64,000 nt of DNA from a bacterium (GCA_035438725.1 DAORIW010000002.1:2882-66881); one strand, 5' to 3'. Counted from the first letter of the stretch, positions 9,487 through 20,887 are shown. The notes: generated by a model not told the origin, from the letters alone. Program-made: numbers and translations.

Positions 9487-9984
9487 ATGGATTCTCTTAT
9501 TTCAACCTTTCATTTAGATGCCAAATTATTAATTGCTCAGATTGTAAACTTTGCGGTTGTTTTTTTGGTATTATATTTTTTAGTGTTTCGCCCGTTATTT
9601 AAAGTAACGACTGATCGTTCCAAAACAATTGAAAAGAGTCTGGCGGAAGCCAAGGAAATTGAAGAGCGTTTAGAAAAAACTAAAGCTGAACAGAAAGAAA
9701 TGATTAAGCAAGCCAAGATTGAAGCGTCCGTTGTACTTGAAGAAGCTAGTCGCCAAGCTGAAGAAAAAAAACTGGGGTTGGTTTCAAAAGCCAAAGAAGA
9801 GATTGGTGATTTGATTAATCGTGAGAAAGCTAAAATGCAAGCTGATAAGGCCGAAACGTTGCGAATGATTCGAGCCGAAGTTGCTGATTTAATAAAGTTA
9901 AGTTTAGAAAAAATTTTACAGGAAAAATCAGATAAGGTAAGTGATGAAAAAATTATTAATAAGGCCTTAAAGCACATGGAATAA
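9487..9984 (+). CDS. atpF: F0 ATP synthase subunit b
   Basis: N-terminal TM followed by a long charged coiled coil; operon position. Confidence 0.85.
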   Translation: MDSLISTFHLDAKLLIAQIVNFAVVFLVLYFLVFRPLFKVTTDRSKTIEKSLAEAKEIEERLEKTKAEQKEMIKQAKIEASVVLEEASRQAEEKKLGLVSKAKEEIGDLINREKAKMQADKAETLRMIRAEVADLIKLSLEKILQEKSDKVSDEKIINKALKHME

Positions 9985-9985
9985 T

Positions 9986-10387
9986 ATGGCATTAGCAACA
10001 CGCGCCTATGCTCGGGCCTTATACGAAGCAGTTCTAGATAAAAAGAAACCAGAAATAAAAATCTTGGTTACTAATTTTCTTCAGTTGCTAAAAGAAAAAA
10101 ATGGATTATCGCAAATTGAGGAAATTCTTTCACGGATTGAAGAAATTGATGATACTGAGAATCACTTGATTCGGGCGGAAGTTACGAGCGCCAGTCGGCT
10201 TGATGAAGTAAGTATAGGAAAGTTGGAAAGTTTTCTTCATAAACGAACTGGTGCGAAAGAAGTAGTCTGGGAGAAAAAAATTGATAAAAATGTTCTCGGT
10301 GGAGTTATTCTAAAGTTTCAAGATACGATTCTTGATTTAAGTATGGCGGGAAGAATTGAAGCCTTGGCTGAAGAAATTAAAAAGTAA
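9986..10387 (+). CDS. atpH: F1 ATP synthase subunit delta (short OSCP)
   Basis: YARALYEA start, LGGVILKFQDTILDLS C-terminal pattern; operon position. Confidence 0.78.
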   Translation: MALATRAYARALYEAVLDKKKPEIKILVTNFLQLLKEKNGLSQIEEILSRIEEIDDTENHLIRAEVTSASRLDEVSIGKLESFLHKRTGAKEVVWEKKIDKNVLGGVILKFQDTILDLSMAGRIEALAEEIKK

Positions 10388-10405
10388 TTATTTTTCATTT
10401 ATTGT

Positions 10406-11932
10406 ATGTCTAAAACTAAAGATTTTATTGTCGAACAAATTAAGGAAAGCATTGGTGCTTTCCAATCTTCGGCTAAAGAGAAAACAGTTGGTCGAGTTAT
10501 CAAAGTAAGTGATGGGATCGCATCAGTGGCGGGTTTAAATACTATTCGAATGTCAGAAATGGTTGAGTTTAAAACTGACGAGGGGATGGTAGCGGGCGTG
10601 GCCTTAAACTTAGAAGCTGATATGGTCGGAATTGCTATTTTGGGAAAATTTGAAGGTATCACTGAAGGTGCCGAAGTTACAGCCACGGGGCGTATTTTAG
10701 AAGTACCGGTTGGTGAAGCTTTGATTGGTCGAGTTGTTAACCCCTTAGGAGAACCTATTGATGGTAAAGGTGCAATTATTTCAAACCAATTTTATCCTGT
10801 TGAAAAGATTGCTCCAGGCGTTATTACCCGTCAGTCAGTTCATCAACCATTACAAACAGGTGTTAAGGCGATTGATGCGATGATTCCAATTGGACGAGGT
10901 CAACGTGAATTAATTATTGGTGATCGACAACTTGGAAAAACTGCCTTAGCGATCGATACGATTATTAATCAAAAAGGTAAAGATGTAATTTGTGTCTATG
11001 TTGCGATTGGTCAAAAAGAATCTAAAGTTGCTTCTATTTTAACTAAATTAGAAGCCGCGGGAGCCATGGACTTTACAACGGTAGTTTTAGCCGGGGCTTC
11101 AGCTGCTGCCCCACTTTTATATTTTGCTCCGTATGCTGGTTGTGCGATGGCTGAGTACTTTTTAGATAAAGGTAAAGATGTATTGATTGTGTATGATGAT
11201 CTCTCTAAACACGCGGTGGCCTATCGAGAAATTGCCTTAATCTTACGTCGTCCACCAGGACGTGAAGCGTATCCAGGAGATGTTTTTTATTTGCATTCTC
11301 GATTACTTGAACGCGCATGTAAATTAAATAAAGAATATGGCGGTGGATCAATTACTGCTTTACCAATTATTGAAACTCAGGCCGGGGATAACAGTGCTTA
11401 TATTCCGACAAACGTCATTTCAATTACTGACGGACAAATTTATTTAGAGCCTGATCTTTTCTATCAAGGTAATCGTCCGGCGATTAATGCCGGTCTTTCA
11501 GTATCGCGTGTTGGTTCCGCCGCTCAAATAAAAGCCATGAAAAAAGTGGCGGGAAAGATTCGTTTAGAAGCCGCTCAATATCGGGAATTAGCCGCTTTTG
11601 CTCAGTTTGGTTCTGACTTAGATGATGAAACTAAACAAAAGCTAGAACGGGGTCGTCGTTTATATGAAGTCTTTAAACAAGGTCAGTACGCGCCGTTGTC
11701 TGTTTCCGAACAGGTGGCAGTATTTTGGTCATTAATTAATGGTCATCTTGATAATATACCGGTTGAAAAAATTACGCAGTTTGAGTTAGGTTTCCGTCAT
11801 TATTTGTCTGTTTCTTTTGCTACAGTTTTAGAAAAGATAGAAAAAGGCGGGGAGCTCACTGATGAAATTGTAAAAGAATTAACTGAAGCGGTGAGTGATT
11901 ATAAAGGGACCTTAGATTATTTAATTAACTAG
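10406..11932 (+). CDS. atpA: F1 ATP synthase subunit alpha
   Basis: GDRQLGKTA Walker A, 508 aa, alpha signature throughout. Confidence 0.97.
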   Translation: MSKTKDFIVEQIKESIGAFQSSAKEKTVGRVIKVSDGIASVAGLNTIRMSEMVEFKTDEGMVAGVALNLEADMVGIAILGKFEGITEGAEVTATGRILEVPVGEALIGRVVNPLGEPIDGKGAIISNQFYPVEKIAPGVITRQSVHQPLQTGVKAIDAMIPIGRGQRELIIGDRQLGKTALAIDTIINQKGKDVICVYVAIGQKESKVASILTKLEAAGAMDFTTVVLAGASAAAPLLYFAPYAGCAMAEYFLDKGKDVLIVYDDLSKHAVAYREIALILRRPPGREAYPGDVFYLHSRLLERACKLNKEYGGGSITALPIIETQAGDNSAYIPTNVISITDGQIYLEPDLFYQGNRPAINAGLSVSRVGSAAQIKAMKKVAGKIRLEAAQYRELAAFAQFGSDLDDETKQKLERGRRLYEVFKQGQYAPLSVSEQVAVFWSLINGHLDNIPVEKITQFELGFRHYLSVSFATVLEKIEKGGELTDEIVKELTEAVSDYKGTLDYLIN

Positions 11933-11937
11933 ATTGG

Positions 11938-11957
11938 ATCCTCGCCTACGCGGGGAT
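11938..11957 (+). repeat. GC-rich hairpin element (ATCCTCGC-CTAC-GCGGGGAT, followed by GAC)
   Basis: 8-bp stem with one G.U pair and a tetraloop, in the atpA-atpG spacer; same family as 33962-33982 and 34014-34033. Confidence 0.6.
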
Positions 11958-11970
11958 GACAACAGGTGAT

Positions 11971-12909
11971 ATGGCCAAGACTAAAGACATCCAACGACGA
12001 ATAAAATCGATTTCTAGCACCAAGCGAATTACGCGGGCGATGGAGATGGTTGAGGCGGCTAAAATGCGTAAAGCAGTGGAGGCGGTATTAGCTTCACGAA
12101 CGTATGCTAATTTAAGCTGGGAGACGTTAATGAATTTAGCAGCGGCGAGTGAAAAACAATTATCACATCCTTTATTACAAGCACGTACAAAAATTAATCG
12201 TCAGGCTTTAATTTTAATTACTGGTAATCGAGGATTATGTGGAGGATTTAATAGTGCGGTTATTTCTGAAGCGAGAAAAATTAGTAAAGGGTTTGAAGAT
12301 ACGACTGATATTATTTTGCTTGGAAAGAAAGGTGAGAGTATCGCTAGTAGTTTGCATGTTGAAGCCCAATTCCAAAAAGAAGAGGTTGAGTTAACGGTTG
12401 CTTTAATTGCGCCGATTGCTAAAATGGTGATTGATGGTTTTCGAACTGGACACTATGACCGAGTTTTAATTGCTTATACTGATTATATTAACGCCGCTAA
12501 ACAAGTCCCACGAGTAAAACAGATTTTACCTTTGGTTACACAAGCTGCCGATGGATCGTTAGGAATTTTAGGAAGTGATGATCGGGCTGGTTTGACTCAA
12601 GAATATATTATTGAGAAAAGTAAGGAGCACTTACATGGCGGTGGCTTTACTCATGAATATACTTTTGAGCCAAATGCCCAAATAGTCTTGGATGAAATTA
12701 TTCCACGCTTAGTAACGGTGCAAGTGTATCAGGCATTACTTGAATCAAATGCTTCCGAACACAGTGCTCGTATGGCCGCTATGCACCAAGCCACTAAAGC
12801 GGCTTCTGATTTAGTACAAGAATTAACCTTATTTTATAACAAGGCCCGACAGGCCGCTATAACTGCTGAAATCGCCGAGATTACCGCTGGCGTGGCAGCA
12901 CTTGAATAA
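11971..12909 (+). CDS. atpG: F1 ATP synthase subunit gamma
   Basis: MAKTKDIQRRIKSI start typical of gamma; AGGTGA Shine-Dalgarno ahead of ATG 11971; the tracked start 11956 lies inside the hairpin. Confidence 0.92.
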   Translation: MAKTKDIQRRIKSISSTKRITRAMEMVEAAKMRKAVEAVLASRTYANLSWETLMNLAAASEKQLSHPLLQARTKINRQALILITGNRGLCGGFNSAVISEARKISKGFEDTTDIILLGKKGESIASSLHVEAQFQKEEVELTVALIAPIAKMVIDGFRTGHYDRVLIAYTDYINAAKQVPRVKQILPLVTQAADGSLGILGSDDRAGLTQEYIIEKSKEHLHGGGFTHEYTFEPNAQIVLDEIIPRLVTVQVYQALLESNASEHSARMAAMHQATKAASDLVQELTLFYNKARQAAITAEIAEITAGVAALE

Positions 12910-14289
<1,380 letters not shown>

Positions 14290-14300
14290 ATAATAAATCA

Positions 14301-14741
14301 ATGTCTAACTCCATGACTCATTTTACTTTTGAAATTGCCTCGCCTGAGCGAGTAGTTTTAAAGGCGAATATGCATCAGGTCTCTGCACCGACGGTCATGG
14401 GAGAAATTACTATTTTGCCTTCCCATATTCCGTTAGTCGCGTTATTAAAACCAGGGGTGATTGAAGCTGTTACGATCGATGGTGTTCGAGAAATTATGGC
14501 TGTTTCCGGGGGGTTGATTGAGGTTATGGCCGGTAAAGTAGTCGTTTTAGCGGATACCGCTGAGAAAGCCTCAGAATTAGATGAAGAACGTATTAAACAA
14601 GCTCAGGAGCGAGCTTTAGGGCTTAAGGAGCAAGCTCGTCATCAGGATGATGTTGAGTTTGCCCGCTTAAGCGCTATGATCGAGAAAGAAGTTGCACGAG
14701 GGATGGCGGTTAGACGCTGGAGAGCAATCAATATAAAATAA
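14301..14741 (+). CDS. atpC: F1 ATP synthase subunit epsilon
   Basis: Beta-sandwich N-terminal pattern (V.AP...GE.TILP.H.PL) plus a C-terminal helical hairpin. Confidence 0.9.
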   Translation: MSNSMTHFTFEIASPERVVLKANMHQVSAPTVMGEITILPSHIPLVALLKPGVIEAVTIDGVREIMAVSGGLIEVMAGKVVVLADTAEKASELDEERIKQAQERALGLKEQARHQDDVEFARLSAMIEKEVARGMAVRRWRAINIK

Positions 14742-14784
14742 CAATTTAAATTATATAGTTCATTAAAAAAACGAAAGGATTTTT

Positions 14785-15870
14785 ATGCAATTTACTAAAT
14801 TGGCAAATCATTCGATTGAAGAAAAAGTAAAAGCTATTTTACAACGGAATGAGGAATATTCTGATAAGTTTCGTAAATCTGCTTTACAGCGTCGACAAAA
14901 CCAAGAACAACATTCTACGGCCATTGCGGCTTTTAAATGTATGGATGGTCGAGTGCATTTACCTATTCTTACTTCTTTACCACTAGGGATTATAAAACCA
15001 TTTCGTAGTTTAGGAGGTAAGTTTAATTTGGCCTGGCCATATCTTGATGCCAAATTTAAAAAGTGGGTTAAGGAGCAAGTAGAAAATAAGAAAGAGTGTT
15101 TAGTTTTAGTTACTTACCATTTTTCGGAAGGAAATGCAGATCATGGTTGTGCTGGATTTGGTTGCGATGTAGAAGCAGCCCGTACATATGTTCAAAAATT
15201 TAAAGAACAGATAGTACGTACGTACCATGACTATCCCAGAAAGATCTTTCCAATTATTGTAGGAATTGAAACTGATTCTCATTCTTTGCTTTTACATACC
15301 GACGACGGACAGATTATTAAAGTAAGTGATTTACAAGATAAGACTAAAGAGGCAATTTATATTAAATTAGTAGATAGCTACAAGAATTTATCCGAACAAG
15401 TTAGTGTTGATTTACTTGAGCTAGTGGTTGGAAATATTAAGCATATGAAAGAAGTAGCTTATGAAAAACGTGAAGCTCAAGATTATGAACACAAAGAATG
15501 GACGGTAGGTTTTGGAACTGGTTTCGATTGGTTACATGCTTATAATACTGCTCTAATAGTGGGCCCTTGGAGTCCTCGAATGGATCAAGATTTATTAACA
15601 GCTTTCTCGATTATTAAAAAGAATATGGATGAAGGGCGCATTAGTGATGATGGCTTTATCGTTCTTCTTTCAACTGAAAAAAATGAGCATGATAATGACG
15701 ATCAGGCTATTGAGAAAGTTAATTTTTTACAACAATTTGCTAAGAATACTTTGATTAATTCATCATATTCTAGCTTATTGGAAAAAGCTTACTTTTTACC
15801 AGTCTCTATAGATGGCTCTGGAAAGTTCACTGATTTAAGTGAGAGATTAAGAGATTTCCCTCAGTTTTAA
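14785..15870 (+). CDS. Hypothetical 361-aa protein co-transcribed with the atp operon
   Basis: AAAGGA Shine-Dalgarno; no terminator between atpC and this gene; strong terminator after it; Cys/His-containing motifs CMDGR and DHGCAGFGC. Confidence 0.6.
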   Translation: MQFTKLANHSIEEKVKAILQRNEEYSDKFRKSALQRRQNQEQHSTAIAAFKCMDGRVHLPILTSLPLGIIKPFRSLGGKFNLAWPYLDAKFKKWVKEQVENKKECLVLVTYHFSEGNADHGCAGFGCDVEAARTYVQKFKEQIVRTYHDYPRKIFPIIVGIETDSHSLLLHTDDGQIIKVSDLQDKTKEAIYIKLVDSYKNLSEQVSVDLLELVVGNIKHMKEVAYEKREAQDYEHKEWTVGFGTGFDWLHAYNTALIVGPWSPRMDQDLLTAFSIIKKNMDEGRISDDGFIVLLSTEKNEHDNDDQAIEKVNFLQQFAKNTLINSSYSSLLEKAYFLPVSIDGSGKFTDLSERLRDFPQF

Positions 15871-15894
15871 ATAGTATTTTATCCAATAGTTGAT

Positions 15895-15926
15895 AAAATT
15901 CGGTCTAATCCACCGAATTTTTTTTA
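15895..15926 (+). terminator. Rho-independent terminator closing the atp transcription unit
   Basis: Stem AAAATTCGGT (15895-15904) / ACCGAATTTT (15912-15921), then a T-run. Confidence 0.7.
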
Positions 15927-15984
15927 TATCTTTAATATGGTATACTACCTGTATAGATTAACTTATTTGCTCGAGCATTCTCTT

Positions 15985-16182
15985 ATGACTACTGTTCCGT
16001 GCCCCCTATGCCATAGCGACGTTATTGTTGATGACGACGCCTATGAAAAAGATTTGGTAACATGTACAAATTGTGAACGTGACCTCGAAATTACGTCGAT
16101 GACGCCTTTAGAGTTAAAAGCGATTGAGGATGAGGTTATAGAAAATGAAGAAGACCCCGAAGTGGAAAAGTTAAAAGAATAA
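15985..16182 (+). CDS. LysW-like zinc-ribbon protein with an acidic C-terminal tail
   Basis: CPLC...x17...CTNC zinc ribbon, LEI.....PLEL pattern, tail EDEVIENEEDPEVEKLKE ending in Glu; start moved to the Met preceding TTVPCPLC. Confidence 0.5.
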   Translation: MTTVPCPLCHSDVIVDDDAYEKDLVTCTNCERDLEITSMTPLELKAIEDEVIENEEDPEVEKLKE

Positions 16183-16187
16183 TATTT

Positions 16188-16216
16188 AAAAAAACGACCA
16201 GTCGGTCGTTTTTTGG
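16188..16216. terminator. Bidirectional terminator between convergent genes
   Basis: AAAAAAACGACC-AGTC-GGTCGTTTTTT: a 6-bp GC-rich stem flanked by an A-run and a T-run. Confidence 0.6.
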
Positions 16217-16227
16217 TTAGGTTTAAT

Positions 16228-17544
16228 TTATTCTTTAACGAGTTTGTTAAATTGTTCCCCGCGATCTTTATAATTTTTAAATAATCCAAAGCTGGCACAA
16301 GCGGGGGACATAAGGATGATATCACCTGAAACAGCTTGTTCCTGAGCCTTTGATAGTGCTTCACTCATACTATTAGCCATTGATATTTCTTTGGGATTAT
16401 ATTTTGCTTTTCGTAAAGAGTTTATAATTTTTGGTAAGGCTCTACCTTTAAAGAGGATGAGGTGTTTTACTTGTTTGGAAATTATTTTTGCCAGAGTAGT
16501 AAAGTCTGAACCCTTGTCAGCACCTCCGGCAATTAATAGTATTGGCTGTTTAAATGCCTTAAGAGCAGTGATGGTGGCGGCAGGAGTTGTGGCAAAACTA
16601 TCGTTATAATAAGTGATTCCATTTTTTTCAATAATTTTTTCAAGTCGGAAAGGAAGGCCTTTAAATTTTTTTACACCTGTTGTGATAGTTTTTATGGAAA
16701 GACCAATAGCACGTGCAACTGCAACCGCTGCGGCGATATTTTCCTTATTATGATCGCCAGGTAAATTAGAAAATAGAGTAGAAGTAGTAAAAAATGTTTT
16801 TTTGGTTTTTACTTTTTTTATATCAGTCTTATTTTTTAATACCTGGTTAATAATCGCTAGATCATTTTTTTTCTGATACCGTATTAAATTATATTTGGCG
16901 TTCCAGTACGATGATAGAGTGGGATGATAGTTGGGAACAGTTTTGTCAGAAGGTGCCAGATGCTCGGGAGAAAAATTTGTTAGGACGCTGATATGAGGGC
17001 TGGTTGTCATATCTTCAAGTTGAAAACTCGAGAGCTCAAGAATAACCCAATCAGTCTTTTTAATTTTCAATATAAAACTAAATGGCGCCACGCCAATATT
17101 TCCACCAATCCAGACACGCTTGCCTCCCGTTTTAAGAATGGAATAAATGAGACTAGCTGTTGTTCCTTTTCCCTTAGTACCGGTTACTCCGATAGTATTT
17201 TTCGTTGGACAAAAATCAAGAAATAATTGCATGGGTGAAATAATCTGGGTGTGATTTTTTTTCAAGTCACGACGAAGTTTGGGAGAAAAAAATGATCCAG
17301 GCGTACGAATAATGAGACTGAACTTTTTTAAATTATTAAAGGTTGGCTTGGAGATATTCCAGGTAATATGTTTCCAGTTTTTTAATTTCGGGTATTGTTG
17401 CTCCATATCCCCGCGAGACTGAAGGGCAAAAATAGTCAGGGGATATATTTCTTTTGTATGTATTAAAAATTCGATCAAGGAATAATTTTCTGGACCTAAA
17501 CCGACTATGGCAATGGTTTCTTTTTTTAGATCAGCTAATTTCAT
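16228..17544 (-). CDS. murD: UDP-N-acetylmuramoylalanine--D-glutamate ligase
   Basis: GVTGTKGKGTT P-loop; C-terminal GDIILMSPACASFGLFKNYKDRGEQF signature. Confidence 0.9.
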   Translation of the reverse strand: MKLADLKKETIAIVGLGPENYSLIEFLIHTKEIYPLTIFALQSRGDMEQQYPKLKNWKHITWNISKPTFNNLKKFSLIIRTPGSFFSPKLRRDLKKNHTQIISPMQLFLDFCPTKNTIGVTGTKGKGTTASLIYSILKTGGKRVWIGGNIGVAPFSFILKIKKTDWVILELSSFQLEDMTTSPHISVLTNFSPEHLAPSDKTVPNYHPTLSSYWNAKYNLIRYQKKNDLAIINQVLKNKTDIKKVKTKKTFFTTSTLFSNLPGDHNKENIAAAVAVARAIGLSIKTITTGVKKFKGLPFRLEKIIEKNGITYYNDSFATTPAATITALKAFKQPILLIAGGADKGSDFTTLAKIISKQVKHLILFKGRALPKIINSLRKAKYNPKEISMANSMSEALSKAQEQAVSGDIILMSPACASFGLFKNYKDRGEQFNKLVKE

Positions 17545-20354
17545 ATCGGTTTCATGTCGATCCAGTTTTTACCATGCTTGCCATCAACAATAATCGGTAC
17601 GGAAAGTTTAATTACGCCCTCCATAATTTTTTGAATTTTTGGAGTAATTTCTTTGATAATTTTTGGATCAATTTCAAAAACTAATTCATCATGAACTTGA
17701 AGTAGGAGCGTCACGCGACCCTGATATTCCTTATCAATTAACTCTTTAACCTTGATCATAGCGGCTTTAATCATATCGGCTTCGGTTCCTTGGATTGGAG
17801 TATTTACTGCCATACGTTCGGCACTTTTGCGAATCATGGCGTTTGTGGCATTTATTTCTTCTAGATAGCGCTTGCGGCCAAACAGTGTTTCAACATAGCC
17901 TTTTTTTTGGGCACCAGTAATAGTTTCGTCAACGTATTTTTTAATATTTTTATAGGCAGTAAAATATTCTTCAATAAATTTTCGGGCTTCTTCATATGAT
18001 ATATCGGCAGTTTGGGCGAGGCCATGGGGACCTTGTCCGTAGAGAATACCAAAATTAATTGTTTTAGCTTGGCGGCGCATATCAGCTGTAACTTTGGTAA
18101 TTGGTACATGATTAATTAAGGCGGCGGTGGCGGTATGAACATCCTCGCCATCTTTAAAAGCTTTTTTTAACATGGGATCGTTGGCAATATGGGCGGCGAT
18201 TCTCAGTTCGAGTTGTGAGTAATCAAGACTTAATAATTCATAACCTGGTTTAGCTATAAAGGCGGCTCTGATTTTTCGTCCGAGCTCAGTTCGAATCGGA
18301 ATATTCTGGAGGTTAGGATCAATTGAAGAGAGGCGACCGGTAGCAGCGATTGTTTGGTTAAATGATGTGTGAAGACGACCCGTTACCGGATTAATAAGTT
18401 CGGGTAAGGTACGAACATAGGTCGAAGCTAATTTTGTGACTTCGCGATACTCCAAAATTAAATCAATAATTTTATGCTTACCTTTTAATTTCGCTAATTC
18501 ATCGGCACCGGTGGAAATTCCAGTTTTAGTTTTTGAGAGGCCGAGGCTGGAAATGTTAAGGTCGGTAAAAAGAATTTCTTGAAGTTGTTTAGGTGATGAC
18601 AAGTTAAAATTTTTGCCACATAATTTCCAAACTTTTTTTTCAATACTCGCGATTTGAGTATCAAGTTCTTTTTCGAGTTTTTTTAAATAGACAGTATCTA
18701 AACTAATTCCGGCTCGTTCCATATCTATTAAGCAAGCAGTGAGGGGAATTTCAATGGTATCAAATAGTTTTTTTAAATTTTGTTTAATGAGCTCTGGTTC
18801 TAATTTCCCATAGAGTCTAAACGTAATATCGGCATCTTCTGAAGCGTAACAACCTAAACGTTCGACCGGCACAGTGTCATACCATAATTTTGATTTTCCG
18901 CTTCCGAGTAAATCTTCGGTAGAAATTTTTTCAAAATTAAGCCAGCGTAAAGCTAGATTATCTAGACTATATTGGCGGTTACCAGGATTTAAAACATAGG
19001 CGGCAATCATCGTATCAAAATCAAAACCATTAACTTCAATTCCAAATTCTTTTAAGATCTTAATATCAAATTTACCATTATGAGCAATTTTTTTAACAGT
19101 TTTATTTTCTAAAATGGGTTTAAGTTTTAAAAGCCAGGGATGAATCTCGGGGGCTTTGTCTTTAGCTTGCCAGCTAAATAGATCGCCTTTTTTTATGTGG
19201 CTACCTGTTAGGGAGGGTTGGTTAACTGATATAAAATACGCTTCGCCTTCTTTCCAGCTAAAACTTAACCCAAGGAGGGAAGAGGTAAAAGCATCTAAAC
19301 CACTTGTTTCAGTATCAAAGGCAAAACGTTTCTGTTTTTCTAATTTTTTTAAAAAAGTTTCAAAGGCTTTATTTTCCGTTATAACTTCGTATTTTAATTC
19401 TGTATGGTTACGAGTAAACTTATCTTCAGCCCGGGCACTACTTAATAAGGCCGCCGCCTTTTTATCGGCAACACCGGTTTGAATTAAGCGGGGGAGTAGT
19501 GATTTGAATTCGAGCTCATTGAAAAGTTTAGTGGCGAGGTCTCGATTAAAACCACCAAAATGTAATTTTTTTTGATCAAAAGGAAAATCAATATCGCGAC
19601 GGATCGTTGCGAGGTCATGACTCATAAAAGCATCATCCTTATAGGTTTCTAATAGTTCTCTAACTCGTGGTTTTATCGTTTCTGATTTTAAATGCTGGTA
19701 GAGATTTTTTATTGTTTTAAATTCTTGTAATAATTCAACGGCGGTTTTTTCACCAATACCCTTAACCCCTGGAATATTATCGCTTGGATCACCCCGGAGG
19801 GCTTTATAATCAATAATTTGGTCAGCTTCAAGACCGTAACGCTGGCGAACTTGTTCTTTGTCGTAAATTAAACTTTCAGTCAGCCCTCGACTCATCGTAT
19901 AAATTTTTGTATAATCATCAATTAACTGAAGTGTATCCATATCGCCGGTAACAATAATTTTTTCAGCCGTGTTGCCAACTTTTTTAACAATCGTACCAAT
20001 AACATCATCAGCTTCACAGCCGGAAATTTGAAACACGGGAATTTCTAGAACTTCTGCTACTTCTCGGGCACGAGGGATTTGAGCATACAACTCAGGGTCA
20101 GCTTTTACGCGAGTGGCTTTATATTTATCATAGGTCGTATGACGGAAGGTTGGGCCTTTCATATCAAGGGCAAGAGCGACCATATCTGGTTTAAACTCTT
20201 TGATCGCTCGGAGAAGAAAAGAGGTAAAGCCATAGACAGCATTTACCACTTCTCCCGAAGTTGTTTTCATTGTTACCGGTAGGGCGTGGAAACTACGGTG
20301 AATTAAGGCGTTTCCATCAAAAATTAGTAATTTGGGGAGCTTTTTTGGGGGCAT
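17541..20354 (-). CDS. polA: DNA polymerase I (5'-3' exo, 3'-5' exo and polymerase domains)
   Basis: LLIFDGNALIHRSFHAL, FDTETSGLD ExoI, DYSQLELRI, QVHDELVFE motifs; start moved to MPPKKLPKLL (ATG 20354); stop overlaps the murD start by 4 nt. Confidence 0.95.
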   Translation of the reverse strand: MPPKKLPKLLIFDGNALIHRSFHALPVTMKTTSGEVVNAVYGFTSFLLRAIKEFKPDMVALALDMKGPTFRHTTYDKYKATRVKADPELYAQIPRAREVAEVLEIPVFQISGCEADDVIGTIVKKVGNTAEKIIVTGDMDTLQLIDDYTKIYTMSRGLTESLIYDKEQVRQRYGLEADQIIDYKALRGDPSDNIPGVKGIGEKTAVELLQEFKTIKNLYQHLKSETIKPRVRELLETYKDDAFMSHDLATIRRDIDFPFDQKKLHFGGFNRDLATKLFNELEFKSLLPRLIQTGVADKKAAALLSSARAEDKFTRNHTELKYEVITENKAFETFLKKLEKQKRFAFDTETSGLDAFTSSLLGLSFSWKEGEAYFISVNQPSLTGSHIKKGDLFSWQAKDKAPEIHPWLLKLKPILENKTVKKIAHNGKFDIKILKEFGIEVNGFDFDTMIAAYVLNPGNRQYSLDNLALRWLNFEKISTEDLLGSGKSKLWYDTVPVERLGCYASEDADITFRLYGKLEPELIKQNLKKLFDTIEIPLTACLIDMERAGISLDTVYLKKLEKELDTQIASIEKKVWKLCGKNFNLSSPKQLQEILFTDLNISSLGLSKTKTGISTGADELAKLKGKHKIIDLILEYREVTKLASTYVRTLPELINPVTGRLHTSFNQTIAATGRLSSIDPNLQNIPIRTELGRKIRAAFIAKPGYELLSLDYSQLELRIAAHIANDPMLKKAFKDGEDVHTATAALINHVPITKVTADMRRQAKTINFGILYGQGPHGLAQTADISYEEARKFIEEYFTAYKNIKKYVDETITGAQKKGYVETLFGRKRYLEEINATNAMIRKSAERMAVNTPIQGTEADMIKAAMIKVKELIDKEYQGRVTLLLQVHDELVFEIDPKIIKEITPKIQKIMEGVIKLSVPIIVDGKHGKNWIDMKPI

Positions 20355-20512
20355 ATTTAGTACATATAGTATATCATTAATTTTCCTTAAATAGGCTAGT
20401 TGTGAGCATTTTTTAAATGAATATTTCAACGAAAATAATAAGAAAAATGTGTTTAGATTTGGTATTGGTTTAATCTGAATAGTTGATATTTAAAAAAAAT
20501 TACTTTGGAAAA

Positions 20513-20548
20513 TAAAAAAGACTCATATATAATTTTTCATATGAGTCT
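20513..20548 (-). terminator. Rho-independent terminator after the 20567-20887 gene
   Basis: 10-bp stem AGACTCATAT / ATATGAGTCT, with a T-run on the minus strand. Confidence 0.65.
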
Positions 20549-20566
20549 TTCTGAAGCTTAATAACA

Positions 20567-20887
20567 TTAAAACCTTTTATTGTAGTTAAAGGCATTTCCG
20601 AGTGCCGCAGATTTTAAGAGCCTACATTGTTTAATATATTCATTGATAGCGGGAATAGGTTCTCCTTCAAATAAATTATCTTTCATTCCGCTAACGTTTC
20701 CAATTATCTGACCATTCTCTAATTTAGACAATAGGAGCCCAACTTTTTCTTTTTTTGCAAGACCGGCGCCTTTTTTTAGGGCAGATATTGTATTTTCTGT
20801 TTTTATATAGTTAATATTTAAAGACTGAAGCTTTTTTTCAATGACTAAAAAATCATTGATCAGAGTTGTACTGTTTTTTTTGTCCAT
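20567..20887 (-). CDS. Hypothetical protein (106 aa)
   Basis: ORF with its own terminator; no family recognised. Confidence 0.5.
   Translation of the reverse strand: MDKKNSTTLINDFLVIEKKLQSLNINYIKTENTISALKKGAGLAKKEKVGLLLSKLENGQIIGNVSGMKDNLFEGEPIPAINEYIKQCRLLKSAALGNAFNYNKRF

Noticed and set aside
9537-10001. 154-aa antisense ORF inside atpF. Similar antisense or alternate-frame ORFs occur at 672-1100, 1962-2144, 8704-8952, 10399-10686, 14048-14263, 19156-19482, 24027-24396, 25823-26116, 36072-36452, 42930-43256, 43446-43778 and 57928-58329
   Set aside because: All are embedded in confidently identified conserved genes on the other strand or in another frame. They have low-complexity compositions and no start-site signals.
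14785-15870. Calling the 361-aa atp-linked protein a beta-carbonic anhydrase
   Set aside because: C-M-D-G-R fits C-x-D-x-R, but the second motif reads H-G-C (H-x-C) rather than H-x-x-C, and the protein is much longer than a beta-CA. The evidence is insufficient for a functional call.
20430-20560. att-like direct repeat of the tRNA-Ala 3' end marking an integrated element
   Set aside because: No copy of the tRNA-Ala 3' segment was seen by eye at the far side of the orphan-gene island, and there is no integrase. The island may be variable, but it is not demonstrably mobile.
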